Shown: positions 52,174 to 63,560, counted from the stretch's first letter. The stretch: 64,000 nucleotides of DNA from Longimicrobiales bacterium (GCA_046483065.1 JAWODW010000052.1:24666-88665); one strand, 5' to 3'. The notes: a model not told the origin generated them from the sequence alone. Numbers and translations: made by a program.

Positions 52174-53143
52174 GGTGGTACCAGATCGCGGACTCGGACA
52201 GGCCGAGGAAGTCGGCGATCTGGGTGTTCCGATAGCCCGCCGCATGGAGCCGTCCGATGATCAGGTTGCGGATCCGGACGTGTTCAGGCCCGCCGCCCCG
52301 CCCCCGGATCGCCTCCAGCGTGAGCCCCGGAGCTTCCGCTCCCACCGTGTTCTTCGCGATCGTGGCCAGGTCAGGGGCGTAGAGGGGGCCCACGTCGCCT
52401 CCAACGAGCTGCGCCCCCCGGGCCGGCGCGTGGAAGAGCGGTGTGAGCAGGGCGTCCCAGGCCCGGTCGCCCCACGCCGAGACGGGCGACGGGGACTGCT
52501 GCATGGGATCGACCGGCTTGCCGTCCGGCCCGAGCTCGATCGCGCCGGCTCGGTCGCGCTCGACTCGCCAATCGACAAAACCCAGATAGTCGCCCCGGAG
52601 CTGGGGCATGGACCGATCGGGGCCGGCGGCGAACAGCGGCAGCGCCACCCCGGGGTCGAGAACCGTCGCGAGCTCCTGTACGGCCGCGATCGTCCGCGAC
52701 GATTCACCCGGCACGTACAGCCCGTGTGACGTCCAGGGAAACCGGTCGGGCTCGGCGCAGATCCCTGCCCGCACCGCGTTCAGGTGAACGTAGACGATCG
52801 CATTGCGGGCATGCCGCGGGTTGTGGCAGGGCGTACAGCCATACGGGCGCCAGAACATCGGGCCCTCGAGGTCGTGCGCCCGCTGGAGCCGGAATGCGAG
52901 GCGACACAGGTACGGCTGCATGAGCTTGTCGACCCGCAGGGGCCCCTGTTGTACCACTAGGTGCAGGTGCGTCGGCATGATGGCGACGGCCAGCAGCCGA
53001 ACCCGTGACCGCGGCACGACCACCGGCAGCATCTCGATGGCCGCCGACCGTAAAGCCGGCGTGAACAGACGCTCCCCCCGGATGGTGCGCGCCGTGAGGT
53101 GGAAGATCCCCCCCGGCGTATTTGGTCGTCGCATGCGTCCCAT
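52148..53143 (-). CDS. REP-associated tyrosine transposase-like protein (IS200/Y1_Tnp HUH domain) with a C-terminal helix-turn-helix
   Basis: ORF 52148..53179, start probably ATG 53143 or 53134. GIFHLTARTIRGERLF, HUH motif MPTHLHLVV, catalytic Tyr block AIVYVHLNAVRAGI, C-terminal HTH NTQIADFLGLSESAIWYHLR. Confidence 0.8.
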   Translation of the reverse strand: MGRMRRPNTPGGIFHLTARTIRGERLFTPALRSAAIEMLPVVVPRSRVRLLAVAIMPTHLHLVVQQGPLRVDKLMQPYLCRLAFRLQRAHDLEGPMFWRPYGCTPCHNPRHARNAIVYVHLNAVRAGICAEPDRFPWTSHGLYVPGESSRTIAAVQELATVLDPGVALPLFAAGPDRSMPQLRGDYLGFVDWRVERDRAGAIELGPDGKPVDPMQQSPSPVSAWGDRAWDALLTPLFHAPARGAQLVGGDVGPLYAPDLATIAKNTVGAEAPGLTLEAIRGRGGGPEHVRIRNLIIGRLHAAGYRNTQIADFLGLSESAIWYHLRVWQRSA

Positions 53144-53192
53144 GCCGCGATGATGCCCCCCATTTCGGGGCACAGCCATAGCAGGTTGGGAC

Positions 53193-53218
53193 GAAACTGG
53201 TGACTGGTGCGACGTCCG
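53193..53218. repeat. Right 26-nt inverted repeat gaaactggtgactggtgcgacgtccg
   Basis: Exact reverse complement of 52078-52103. Lies 14 to 50 nt upstream of the candidate transposase starts. Confidence 0.9.
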
Positions 53219-53241
53219 AGGGAGTCCGTCCGAGGGAGTCC
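53214..53241. repeat. Two abutting copies of the 14-nt unit gtccgagggagtcc
   Basis: 53214-53227 and 53228-53241, read directly. Overlaps the outer end of the right inverted repeat. Confidence 0.85.
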
Positions 53242-53259
53242 GACGGGGCGAAGCGACGG

Positions 53260-55626
53260 TCAGCCCTGCGTTCCGCCCGCCAGCACGGTCCGCACGGTCT
53301 CCAGCTCGATGACGAACACGCTCCGGCCGTGGGTCCCCACCACCAGCTCCGGCTCGCGGGAGTGGACATCGAGGTCGTGGACGGGCGTGGTCGGCATGCC
53401 CGGGGCAAGGACGTGCCAGTCGTCTCCACCGTTACCGGAGACGTAGACGCCCATGTCCGTGCCAAGATACAGGATCGACGGATGCACGGGGTCTTCGGCG
53501 ATCACGTTGATGGACTCGTCGGGGAGGTTGCCGCGGATGGCGCGCCAGGTCTCGCCGAAGTCGTCGGAGCGATAGGCGTAGGCCCGGAAATCGTCCTCGC
53601 GGAACCCGGTGAGGGTCGCGTACACGCGGCCTTCCGCGTGAGCGGACGCCACGACCCTGCTCACCCACTTGTCCGGCAGGTCGGCACCCACCCTGGCCCA
53701 TGAGCCCCCGTCATCCCGGGTCCGCCAGACGCTCCCTCCCTCGGTGCCCACATACAGCAGTCCCGGCCGCAGCGGCGACTCCGCGATCATGGTGATGGTC
53801 CCGAACGGCACCGTGGCCCGAGGCCCGCCGGCCGGGTCCGCCAGGTCCGGGCTGATGGGGGTCCAGCTGTCGCCCCGGTCGATGGACTTCAGCAGCCGGT
53901 TCCCCCCGAGGTACAGCGTCCGGGGGTCGTAGCGCGAGATGATGAACGGCGTGTGCCACCCGGAGCGCCATTCCCAGGCGGCGTCGGGGAACCGCGGCCG
54001 GATGCGCTCGGCGGCCCCTGTGAGTACCGAATCACCGGTGATGTCCATCCGCCGGAGCGCCCCGTGCTGGTGCTCGTAGTAGACGAACCGCGGATCGGTG
54101 GGGTCCAGGTACGTGTCGAAGGAATCGCCGCCGGTCCAGCGGTCCAGATACACGTTCTCCCACGGGTCGTTGAGCATGGAGTCGAGCGCCAGGTGGCTCG
54201 GCCCATACAGCGCCGCGTTGTCCTGCGTGCCGCCGTAGATCCGGTAGGGGTCCATCGTATCGGTGGCGACGGCGTAGAACTCGGCCGCCGGGATGTTATT
54301 GTGGTGGAGCCAGCTGTCGCCGCCGTCCCAGGACTGGAAGAGACCGCCGTCGTTGCCGAGCAGAATCCGGTCCGGATCCCGGGGGTCGATCCAGATCTCG
54401 TGCTGGTCCAGGTGCATGATCTCGCCCCGGGTGTCGTGGATCCGGGCGATTGTCTCCCCGATCCGCTCGAACGTCCGCCCCCCGTCCGTGGACCGATAGC
54501 CACGGTTGCCGAGGACGAACAGCGCCTCCGGGTCGTCCGGGGAGACGCGGACATCGGTGAACTTCCAGCCGAAGACCCCGAACACGTCGTACAGGTCGTC
54601 CTCGTTCACCTTCCGCCAGACCTCGCCGTGGTCGTCGGACCGGTACAGCTCACCCCCGACAACGTCCCGATCCTCCACGTCCGAGGGCGCCCGGTTGTCG
54701 ATGAAGGCGTAGACGGTGCCCGGCCGCGACGGCGCGACGCCGACCCCGATCCGGCCCAGCGGCCCGGCAGGCAGCCCGTTCGTCAGCCGCTCCCAGCGGT
54801 CGCCTCCGTCCGTGCTCCGGTACAGGCCGCTCTCCTCGCCGCCCTCCACCCCTTCCCCGCTCACGGCCTGCCACGCCGCCGCGTACAGGATCCGCGGGTC
54901 CGCGAGGTCCATGGCCAGCTCGACCACGCCCGTACGGTCCGAGATATGGAGGACCTGCTCCCACGTGTCGCCGCCGTCAGTGGTCCGGAACACGCCGCGC
55001 TGCTGGTTCCGTGTCCAGAAATGCCCGAGGGCCGCCACGTAGACCGTGTTCGGGTGGTCCGGATGTATCAGCACCGTCCCGATGTGGTGCGTGTCGTGGA
55101 GCCCCACGTTGTCCCAGCTCCCACCGCCGTCGACGGACTTGAATACCCCGGTGCCGGCGTAGGAATAGCCGCTGTGGCGGGGCTGCGTCTCCCCGGTCCC
55201 GACCCACACGACGGCCGGGTCCGACGCCGACACCGCCACGTCCCCGATGGTGAACGTCGACTCGTCGTCGAAGATCGGCGTCCACGTGATCCCGTTGTCC
55301 ACCGACTTCCACAGGTTCCCCGACCCGATCCCCACGTACAGCGTGTGCGGACTCCCCTCCGGCACCGCGATGGCCTCCACACGCGCCCCCGCCTGCATCG
55401 GGCCCACCGCCCGCCATCCCACATCCGTGAACGGCGACGCTTCCTCCAGCATGCGGTGGACCTCCCAGGCCTCCATGCGCTCGGCTGCGGTCGTCGCCTG
55501 CCCGGCCGCGGGTCCGGCCGGGGCCACCAGCGTCGCCAGGAACATCCAGATCAACACCAGCGGCCGGCGGGGACGGCGAACCACGCCGGCGGAGGCGGTG
55601 TGTCGCGAGGGTCGGATCGAGAGCAT
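53260..55626 (-). CDS. BNR/Asp-box repeat, sortilin/VPS10-like beta-propeller protein (secreted)
   Basis: 788 aa with a signal peptide. Repeated Asp-box motifs (KSVDNGITW, KSVDGGGSW, RTTDGGDTW, RSTDGGDRW, RSTDGGRTF, QSWDGGDSW, KSIDRGDSW, RTRDDGGSW, RSDDFGETW). Confidence 0.85.
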   Translation of the reverse strand: MLSIRPSRHTASAGVVRRPRRPLVLIWMFLATLVAPAGPAAGQATTAAERMEAWEVHRMLEEASPFTDVGWRAVGPMQAGARVEAIAVPEGSPHTLYVGIGSGNLWKSVDNGITWTPIFDDESTFTIGDVAVSASDPAVVWVGTGETQPRHSGYSYAGTGVFKSVDGGGSWDNVGLHDTHHIGTVLIHPDHPNTVYVAALGHFWTRNQQRGVFRTTDGGDTWEQVLHISDRTGVVELAMDLADPRILYAAAWQAVSGEGVEGGEESGLYRSTDGGDRWERLTNGLPAGPLGRIGVGVAPSRPGTVYAFIDNRAPSDVEDRDVVGGELYRSDDHGEVWRKVNEDDLYDVFGVFGWKFTDVRVSPDDPEALFVLGNRGYRSTDGGRTFERIGETIARIHDTRGEIMHLDQHEIWIDPRDPDRILLGNDGGLFQSWDGGDSWLHHNNIPAAEFYAVATDTMDPYRIYGGTQDNAALYGPSHLALDSMLNDPWENVYLDRWTGGDSFDTYLDPTDPRFVYYEHQHGALRRMDITGDSVLTGAAERIRPRFPDAAWEWRSGWHTPFIISRYDPRTLYLGGNRLLKSIDRGDSWTPISPDLADPAGGPRATVPFGTITMIAESPLRPGLLYVGTEGGSVWRTRDDGGSWARVGADLPDKWVSRVVASAHAEGRVYATLTGFREDDFRAYAYRSDDFGETWRAIRGNLPDESINVIAEDPVHPSILYLGTDMGVYVSGNGGDDWHVLAPGMPTTPVHDLDVHSREPELVVGTHGRSVFVIELETVRTVLAGGTQG

Positions 55627-56234
55627 GCGTCAGGTCTCCAGGAGTGAACGAACGGAGTGGGAGCGCAAAGTATGCGGGGAGAACGCCGCGTGCACACCGT
55701 GGGCCCACCCCCGGGTCGAGCGACGGCTCGCCACCGATGACGAAAGGCCTCCGCCCGGTCATCCGAGCAGAGGCCCACGAGTGCCCCGGCGGATGCAGCT
55801 CGGTCGCCGGTCCGGCGCCGCCCAGCGAGGCCGCCCGTTCGAGGAACCGCTCGACTTGACGGACGCCCGCCTCCCCCCCCATTGTGGAGCGAACGCACGC
55901 CCCCCCGTTCGTGCCGAACTGATCGGTGTACGGCAACCGATCTGAAAGGGGGTATGTGTTGTATATCTGGACGGTCCCGGCACCCGCAATGCCGGCAATG
56001 GGTCCCCCTTTCGCGCCGCGCACCCACGTGGTGCTCCGCTTACAGCTTTCGTTCACATGACGCGTCGACGCAGGTCCCCGCGCCGACGGAGGTCGGTGCG
56101 TTGGCGGAGTTTCCTTCTCCAGCGCCGGCTCTCGCACGCCGGAAGCCGGGCATACACTCGACACTCGCATCCACCACCGCAGACACGGCCAGTCGACCGG
56201 ATGAACCCCATTCGGTTGCTCAACGGAGGTTTCC

Positions 56235-58442
56235 ATGACGTTTGAAGGTCAATCGATACAGTGTAGTGCGCTGGACGGAGGGATCGTGGAGCTGCGGTTC
56301 GATCTCCAGGACGATTCCGTCAACAAGTTCGACCGGGCCACGCTGGAGGAGCTCGGGGAAGTGGTGGGGCTCCTGGAGGCCGATGAAGAGATCAGGGGTC
56401 TTCTGGTCACCAGCGGCAAGGACGGCTTCATCGTCGGCGCCGACGTCACCGAGTTCACCGAGTACTTCCGCTACCCGGAAGAGGAGCTGGTGGACTGGCT
56501 CATGGAAGTCCATGGGGTGTTCTCATCGATCGAGGACTTCGACTTCCCGTCGGTCACGGCGATCAACGGCTTCGCCCTGGGCGGCGGGCTCGAGCTCGCG
56601 CTGACCACGAGCTATCGCGTGATGTCTCCGGACGCGAAGGTCGGCCTGCCCGAGACCAAGCTGGGGATCTTCCCCGGCTTCGGCGGTACGGTGCGGCTCT
56701 CCCGTCTCGCCGGCGCAGACAACGCCATCGAGTGGATCGCCAGCGGCAACCAGTACGACGCCGAGACGGCGTACGAGACGGGGGTCGTGGATGCGGTCAT
56801 CGCCCCCGAGAAGCTGCGGGATGGCGCTCTGGACCTGCTGGAGCAGGCGATGGCGGGCGAGAGGGACTGGAGGGCGCGCCGGGCCGAGAAGGTGGCGCCC
56901 CTCAAGCTCAACCTCACCGAGAGCATGATGGCGTTCGAGACGGCCAAGGGGTTCGTCGCCGGCAAGGCGGGTCGCAACTACCCGTCTCCCGTGGCCGCGA
57001 TCAAGGCGATCCAGAAGAGCGCGACCATGGAGCGGGACGAGGCGCTGAAGGTCGAGGCGAAGGGCTTCGCCCGGATGGCGAAGACCCCCACCGCCGCCAA
57101 CCTCGTCACGATCTTCCTCGGCGACCAGTACGTGAAGAAGGTCGCGAAGAAGATGGCCGAGAAGGCCCCGAAGGTGGAGTCCGCCGCGGTGCTCGGCGCC
57201 GGGATCATGGGAGGCGGGATCGCCTACCAGTCGGCGTACGAGGACGTGCCGATCGTGATGAAGGATATCGACGACGAGGCCCTCGACCTCGGGATGGCCG
57301 AGGCGCGGAAGCTCCTGGGCAAGCAGCTCTCCCGCGAGAAGATCACCACCGATGAGATGGCCGACATCCTCACCCGGATCCGGCCGACGCTCTCCTACGG
57401 CGACTTCGAAGACGTGGACATCGTGGTCGAGGCGGTGGTGGAGAACGAGAAGATCAAGAAGTCGGTCCTGGCCGAGGTCGAGGAGCGGGTCAAGGACGAC
57501 GCCGTCCTGGCCAGCAACACCTCCACGATCTCCATCACGCGCCTGGGCGAGGAGCTGAAGCGGCCGGAGAGCTTCTGCGGCATGCACTTCTTCAACCCGG
57601 TCCACAGGATGCCGCTGGTGGAGGTCATCCGTGGCGAGAAGTCGAGCGACCGGGCGGTGGCCACCACCGTGGCCTACGCGCTCGCCATGGACAAGACGCC
57701 GGTGGTCGTGAACGACTGTGCGGGCTTCCTGGTCAATCGCGTCCTCTTCCCTTACTTCGCCGGCTTCATGAAGCTCGTCGGCGAGGGGGTCGACTTCCTC
57801 CGGATCGATTCGGTCATGGAGACGTTCGGCTGGCCGATGGGGCCCGCCTACCTGCTGGACGTGGTCGGCATCGACACGGCGCACCACGCCAACGAGGTCA
57901 TGGCGGAATCGTACCCGGACCGCATGGCCACCTCGGACCGAACGGCCATCGACGTGATGTTCGAGGCGGAGCGGTTCGGTCAGAAGAACGACAAGGGGTT
58001 TTATGCCTACGTGCCCGACAAGAAGGGCAAGCCGAAGAAGACCGTCGACCCGGAGGCGCAGAAGCTCCTGGAGCCGGTGGTGCAGGCCGATAACAGCGAC
58101 GACATCAGCGACCAGGACATCGTCGACCGGATGATGCTCCCGCTCCTCATCGAGTGCTCCCGCTGCCTGGAGGACGGCATCGTCAGGACGCCGGTGGAGG
58201 TCGACATCGCGCTGGTCTACGGGCTCGGCTTCCCGCCGTTCCGCGGCGGTCCGTTCCGGTACGCCGACTCCATCGGACTGGACGCACTCGTCGAGACCGC
58301 CGGGAGGTACGACGCTCTCGGGAAGCTCTACGAGCCGACACAGCAGATGGTGGAGCTCGCCGAGAACGGCGAGCCGTTCCACAAGACAGACCGCCCCGCC
58401 GAGACCGCAGAGCTCGCCGGAACCGTCAAGGAAGAGAGGTAA
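56235..58442 (+). CDS. fadB: Fatty acid oxidation complex subunit alpha (enoyl-CoA hydratase / 3-hydroxyacyl-CoA dehydrogenase)
   Basis: 735 aa. Crotonase N-terminal half ([25 protein letters not shown]), NAD site [13 protein letters not shown], and 3HCDH C-terminal repeats. ACGGAGG upstream. Confidence 0.95.
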   Translation: MTFEGQSIQCSALDGGIVELRFDLQDDSVNKFDRATLEELGEVVGLLEADEEIRGLLVTSGKDGFIVGADVTEFTEYFRYPEEELVDWLMEVHGVFSSIEDFDFPSVTAINGFALGGGLELALTTSYRVMSPDAKVGLPETKLGIFPGFGGTVRLSRLAGADNAIEWIASGNQYDAETAYETGVVDAVIAPEKLRDGALDLLEQAMAGERDWRARRAEKVAPLKLNLTESMMAFETAKGFVAGKAGRNYPSPVAAIKAIQKSATMERDEALKVEAKGFARMAKTPTAANLVTIFLGDQYVKKVAKKMAEKAPKVESAAVLGAGIMGGGIAYQSAYEDVPIVMKDIDDEALDLGMAEARKLLGKQLSREKITTDEMADILTRIRPTLSYGDFEDVDIVVEAVVENEKIKKSVLAEVEERVKDDAVLASNTSTISITRLGEELKRPESFCGMHFFNPVHRMPLVEVIRGEKSSDRAVATTVAYALAMDKTPVVVNDCAGFLVNRVLFPYFAGFMKLVGEGVDFLRIDSVMETFGWPMGPAYLLDVVGIDTAHHANEVMAESYPDRMATSDRTAIDVMFEAERFGQKNDKGFYAYVPDKKGKPKKTVDPEAQKLLEPVVQADNSDDISDQDIVDRMMLPLLIECSRCLEDGIVRTPVEVDIALVYGLGFPPFRGGPFRYADSIGLDALVETAGRYDALGKLYEPTQQMVELAENGEPFHKTDRPAETAELAGTVKEER

Positions 58443-59609
<1,167 letters not shown>

Positions 59610-59642
59610 TCAACCGGCCCACTGGAACACAATCGAGGGAAC

Positions 59643-61457
59643 ATGGCTCAAATTCTCGCCGACCGTAGAGATGTGGATTTCGTCCTTCACGAACAGCTGG
59701 AGGTCGCAAAGCTCGCCGAACACGAGCGCTTCGCCGATTTCAACCGAAAGGTGGTGGACCTGGTCATCTCCGAGGCGCGCACGCTCGCGGTGAAGGAGAT
59801 CCTGCCCACGCAGACCGATGGCGACCGTATCGGTGTCACCTTCGACAACGGGACCGTGACGGTCCCCGAGTCGTTCCACAGCGCGTGGAGCGCTCTGAGA
59901 GAGGGGGAATGGCTGGCCCTGACGGAGGACCTCGAGTGGGGCGGTCAGGAGATGCCGCGGTCGGTGGCGTCGGCCGCCATGAACATCCTGGAGGCGGCGA
60001 ACTTCGCCTTCCTGATGTACGGGGGCCTCAGTCACGGCGCAGGGAAGCTCATCGAGACCTTCGGGACGGAGGAGCAGAAGAAGCTCTTCGTCAAGAAGCT
60101 GTACACCGGCGAGTGGACCGGCACCATGCTGCTGACCGAGCCGCAGGCGGGCTCGGACGTGGGCGCCCTCGAGACCACGGCCACCCCCAACGACGACGGC
60201 ACCTACTCCATCGTGGGGAACAAGATCTTCGCCTCGTCGGGCGAGCACGACATGACCGAGAACATCATCCACCCGGTGCTGGCCCGGATCGAGGGGGCAC
60301 CCGCCGGCACCAAGGGGATCTCGCTCTTCATCGTGCCGAAGATCTGGGTCAACGAGGATGGCAGTCTCGGCGAGCCCAACGACGTGGTGTGCACGGGGAT
60401 CGAGGAGAAGATGGGGATCCACGGCAACGCCACGTGCTCCATGGCCCTGGGGAGCAGCGGCGAGTGCCGGGGTCTGCTGCTGGGCGAGCCGAACAAGGGC
60501 ATGCGCTCCATGTTCCTCATGATGAACGACGCCCGGCTCATGGTGGGCGACCAGGCCCTGGCCTCCGCCAGCGCCTCCTACATGTACTCCCTCGATTACG
60601 CCCGCACACGCATCCAGGGGCGGGACCTCCGGAACATCCAGGACAAGGAAGCGCCGAGCGTGCCGATCATCCGGCATCCGGACGTTCGCAGGATGCTGAT
60701 GATCATGAAGACCTACGTGGAGGGCCTTCGGAGCCTGTCGCTCTACATCGCCCACTGCTTCGACCGGATGACCACTACCGAGGATACGGACGAGCAGGAC
60801 CGTCTGCAGGGCATCATCGACTTCCTGATCCCCATCGCCAAGGCCTATACCACGGAACGGAGTATGGACGTGTGCGACCTCGGGGTGCAGGTGTACGGCG
60901 GCTACGGCTACATCAAGGAGTATCCGGTGGAGCAGCTGCTGCGCGACTGCCGGATCACGCCGATCTACGAGGGCACCAACGGCATCCAGGCCATGGACCT
61001 GCTGTTCCGGAAGCTCGGCCAGGACGGCGGGCGGCCGATCATCGACCTCGCCGCCGAGATCCGCGACACCATTGCGAAAGCCGCCGAGGTGGAGCGGACG
61101 GCGGAGATGTCCGACACCGTCGAGCGGGCGCTGATCCGGCTCGAAGAGGTGGCCCGGCACCTCGGGCAGACGGCCATGTACGGCAGGCTGCCCGTTGCCG
61201 CGGCCCACGCGCACCCGTTCCTCGAGGTCTCCGGCGATGTCATGGTCGCGTGGATGCTGCTGTGGCGCGCCCGCATCGCCGCGCAAGGGCTCGCGGCGGG
61301 GGCGAAGCGGAAGGATGAGGCGTTCTACGAGGGTCTGATCAGAAGCGCCGAGTTCTTCATGGAGAACAACCTCCCGGTGACCCTCGGGAAGATGGACGTG
61401 ATTCTTTCCGGCACCAGCGTTGTGGTGGATATTCCCGAGGAAGCGTTCGCGGGCTGA
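59643..61457 (+). CDS. Long-type acyl-CoA dehydrogenase (about 600 aa, with an extra C-terminal domain)
   Basis: 604 aa. TEPQAGSD, ACAD middle and C-terminal blocks QVYGGYGYIKEYPVEQLLRDCRITPIYEGTNGIQ. Confidence 0.9.
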   Translation: MAQILADRRDVDFVLHEQLEVAKLAEHERFADFNRKVVDLVISEARTLAVKEILPTQTDGDRIGVTFDNGTVTVPESFHSAWSALREGEWLALTEDLEWGGQEMPRSVASAAMNILEAANFAFLMYGGLSHGAGKLIETFGTEEQKKLFVKKLYTGEWTGTMLLTEPQAGSDVGALETTATPNDDGTYSIVGNKIFASSGEHDMTENIIHPVLARIEGAPAGTKGISLFIVPKIWVNEDGSLGEPNDVVCTGIEEKMGIHGNATCSMALGSSGECRGLLLGEPNKGMRSMFLMMNDARLMVGDQALASASASYMYSLDYARTRIQGRDLRNIQDKEAPSVPIIRHPDVRRMLMIMKTYVEGLRSLSLYIAHCFDRMTTTEDTDEQDRLQGIIDFLIPIAKAYTTERSMDVCDLGVQVYGGYGYIKEYPVEQLLRDCRITPIYEGTNGIQAMDLLFRKLGQDGGRPIIDLAAEIRDTIAKAAEVERTAEMSDTVERALIRLEEVARHLGQTAMYGRLPVAAAHAHPFLEVSGDVMVAWMLLWRARIAAQGLAAGAKRKDEAFYEGLIRSAEFFMENNLPVTLGKMDVILSGTSVVVDIPEEAFAG

Positions 61458-61480
61458 CAGGGCTCTCCAGGAGGATATTG

Positions 61481-63541
61481 ATGATGGCCGAAGCACCATT
61501 TTCTCCGGCGTCCGCGACGATCGCCGGCATCCCGGGCTACGTGCTGTTCCTGTTGATCGCCCTCGTGGCGATCGGCGTCTTCGCCTGGGTGATCGCGCGA
61601 CGCCTGGCGCCGCTGCGCCGGGGAGCACCGGACCCGCGACTCAGCCGGATCCCCGAGCGGGTCGTCAGGGTCCTGAAGTACTGGCTCGGCCAGTGGCGAC
61701 ACCCCCGCTACATGCTGGCTGGCGTGCTGCACATCGTCGTGTTCTTCGGCTTCCTGATCCTGGCGATCCGGTCCACCGAGCTCGTGCTCCTCGGGATCTT
61801 CGAGGGGTTCGAGGTGCCCGGCCTCGACGGGGCGCTCGGCGTCGCCTACGACGTCGCGAAGGACTACGCCTCCACGGCCGTACTCATTGCGGTGGTGATC
61901 CTCGCCATCCGCCGCGCCTTCTTCCGGCCGGCCCGCTACGCCGTACCCGAGGAGCTGGGGAAGGATCACACCTCCGAGGCGCTGCTGGTCCTGGGGCTCA
62001 TCGCGATCCTGATGGTCTCCGAAAGCCTCTTCGAGGCGAGCCTGCTGGCCGCCGAGCCGGGAGCCGGCGCCGCCCCGGTGCTCACGCTCTCGTGGGCGTT
62101 CGAGCGGTGGCTGTCCGGAACGGCCGGATCCACGCTGGCCTCCGTCGGGCTGGCGGCGTACACCGTCCACGATCTGACGTTCTTCTTCTTCCTCTGCCTG
62201 CTCCCGTTCGGGAAGCACTTCCACGTCATCACGTCCCTCTTCAACGTCTTCTTCATGCGGCTGGAGACCGGCACCGTCAAGCCGGTGCGGCACGGCGTGT
62301 CAGGCGAGGCGCTCCTCGAGCTCGATTCGTTCGGCGTGAGGAACTTCGAGGACTTCACGTGGAAGCACATGCTGGACTTCTACAGCTGCGTGGACTGCGG
62401 CCGCTGCTCGGATCACTGTCCCGCCACCACGGTGGGCCGGCCGCTGTCGCCGCGGTTCATCAGTATCAAGGCCCGGGACTACGCCTTCGACCACTACCCC
62501 GTCCTCGGCCGGTCCTCGACAGAGCCGGAGCCGCTGATCGGCGGGATCTACAGCGAGGACGAGATCTGGTCGTGCACCACGTGCGGCGCGTGCGAGCAGG
62601 AGTGCCCGGTCGCCATTGAGTACATCGACAAGATCGTGGACCTGCGCCGCGGCATGGTGGACGAGGGAAACGTGCCCCAGTCGATGCAGAAGCCGCTGGC
62701 CTCCCTCGAGAAACGGGGCAACCCGTGGGGCAAACTCGAGAAGAAGCGCGCGGACTGGATCAACGGAAACGGCAACGGCACGGCCATCAAGCGGGTGGAC
62801 AACGGAGAGACGGCCGAGACGCTGTACTTCGTCGACAGCATCACCTCTTTCGATGAGCGGATGCAGAAGATCGCGCAGGCCACGGCCCGCGTTCTGACCG
62901 GGGGCAGCGTGGACTTCGCCGTCATCGGCACCGACGAGAAGGACAGCGGCAACGACGTCCGGCGGTTCGGCGAGGAGATGCTCTTCGATATCCTGAGGGA
63001 GGAGAACACGGAATCGATCCGGGCGTCGGAGGCGCGCAGCATCGTGGTGAACGACCCGCACACGCTGAACACACTGCGCCACGACTACCAGGACATGCCG
63101 CCGGTGCGGCACGTCAGCGAGCTGATCGCCGACGCGGTGGCGGACGGCCGGCTGACGTTGAAGCCGCTGACGGACGCGTCCAAGACGTACACCTATCACG
63201 ACCCCTCCTACCTCGCCCGCCACAACGACACCTACGACGCCCCGAGACAGGCCATTGACGGCGTCCCCGGCCTCGAGCGGGTCGAGATGGAGGGCAACTG
63301 CCGCGACCGCTCCTTCTGTTGCGGTGGCGGCGGCCTGATGCTCTTCTACGAGCCGGAGGAGGAACAGCGGATGGGCGTGGTGCGGGTCGAGCAGGCCCGG
63401 GCCGCGGGCGCCGACGTGATCGTCACCGCCTGCCCCTTCTGCCTGACGAACATCGAGGACGCCATCAAGGTGGCCGGGCTCGAGGGCGAGATGGAAGCCC
63501 TCGACCTGGTCGAGCTCATCGATGGGCAGCTCGAGAACTGA
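61481..63541 (+). CDS. Membrane-bound Fe-S oxidoreductase: NarI/DsrM-like TM domain fused to a 2x[4Fe-4S] and CCG (HdrD/GlpC-like) module; EtfD-like
   Basis: ORF 61478..63541 (track start is TTG; ATG 61481 is preceded by GGAGGA). About 6 TM helices, CVDCGRCSDHCP and CTTCGACEQECP, C-terminal FCCGGGG...ACPFCLTN. Sits between the acyl-CoA dehydrogenase and etfB. Confidence 0.8.
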   Translation: MMAEAPFSPASATIAGIPGYVLFLLIALVAIGVFAWVIARRLAPLRRGAPDPRLSRIPERVVRVLKYWLGQWRHPRYMLAGVLHIVVFFGFLILAIRSTELVLLGIFEGFEVPGLDGALGVAYDVAKDYASTAVLIAVVILAIRRAFFRPARYAVPEELGKDHTSEALLVLGLIAILMVSESLFEASLLAAEPGAGAAPVLTLSWAFERWLSGTAGSTLASVGLAAYTVHDLTFFFFLCLLPFGKHFHVITSLFNVFFMRLETGTVKPVRHGVSGEALLELDSFGVRNFEDFTWKHMLDFYSCVDCGRCSDHCPATTVGRPLSPRFISIKARDYAFDHYPVLGRSSTEPEPLIGGIYSEDEIWSCTTCGACEQECPVAIEYIDKIVDLRRGMVDEGNVPQSMQKPLASLEKRGNPWGKLEKKRADWINGNGNGTAIKRVDNGETAETLYFVDSITSFDERMQKIAQATARVLTGGSVDFAVIGTDEKDSGNDVRRFGEEMLFDILREENTESIRASEARSIVVNDPHTLNTLRHDYQDMPPVRHVSELIADAVADGRLTLKPLTDASKTYTYHDPSYLARHNDTYDAPRQAIDGVPGLERVEMEGNCRDRSFCCGGGGLMLFYEPEEEQRMGVVRVEQARAAGADVIVTACPFCLTNIEDAIKVAGLEGEMEALDLVELIDGQLEN

Positions 63542-63560
63542 ACCCTTCACGGGAAGCGAT

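Larger units (their letters stand above)
52036..53241 (-). mobile_element. REP/RAYT-type unit: Y1 (HUH) transposase gene bracketed by perfect 26-bp inverted repeats and short tandem repeats
   Basis: See the component features below. Inverted-repeat flanks around an IS200-like Y1 transposase are the REP-RAYT arrangement. Confidence 0.7.
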
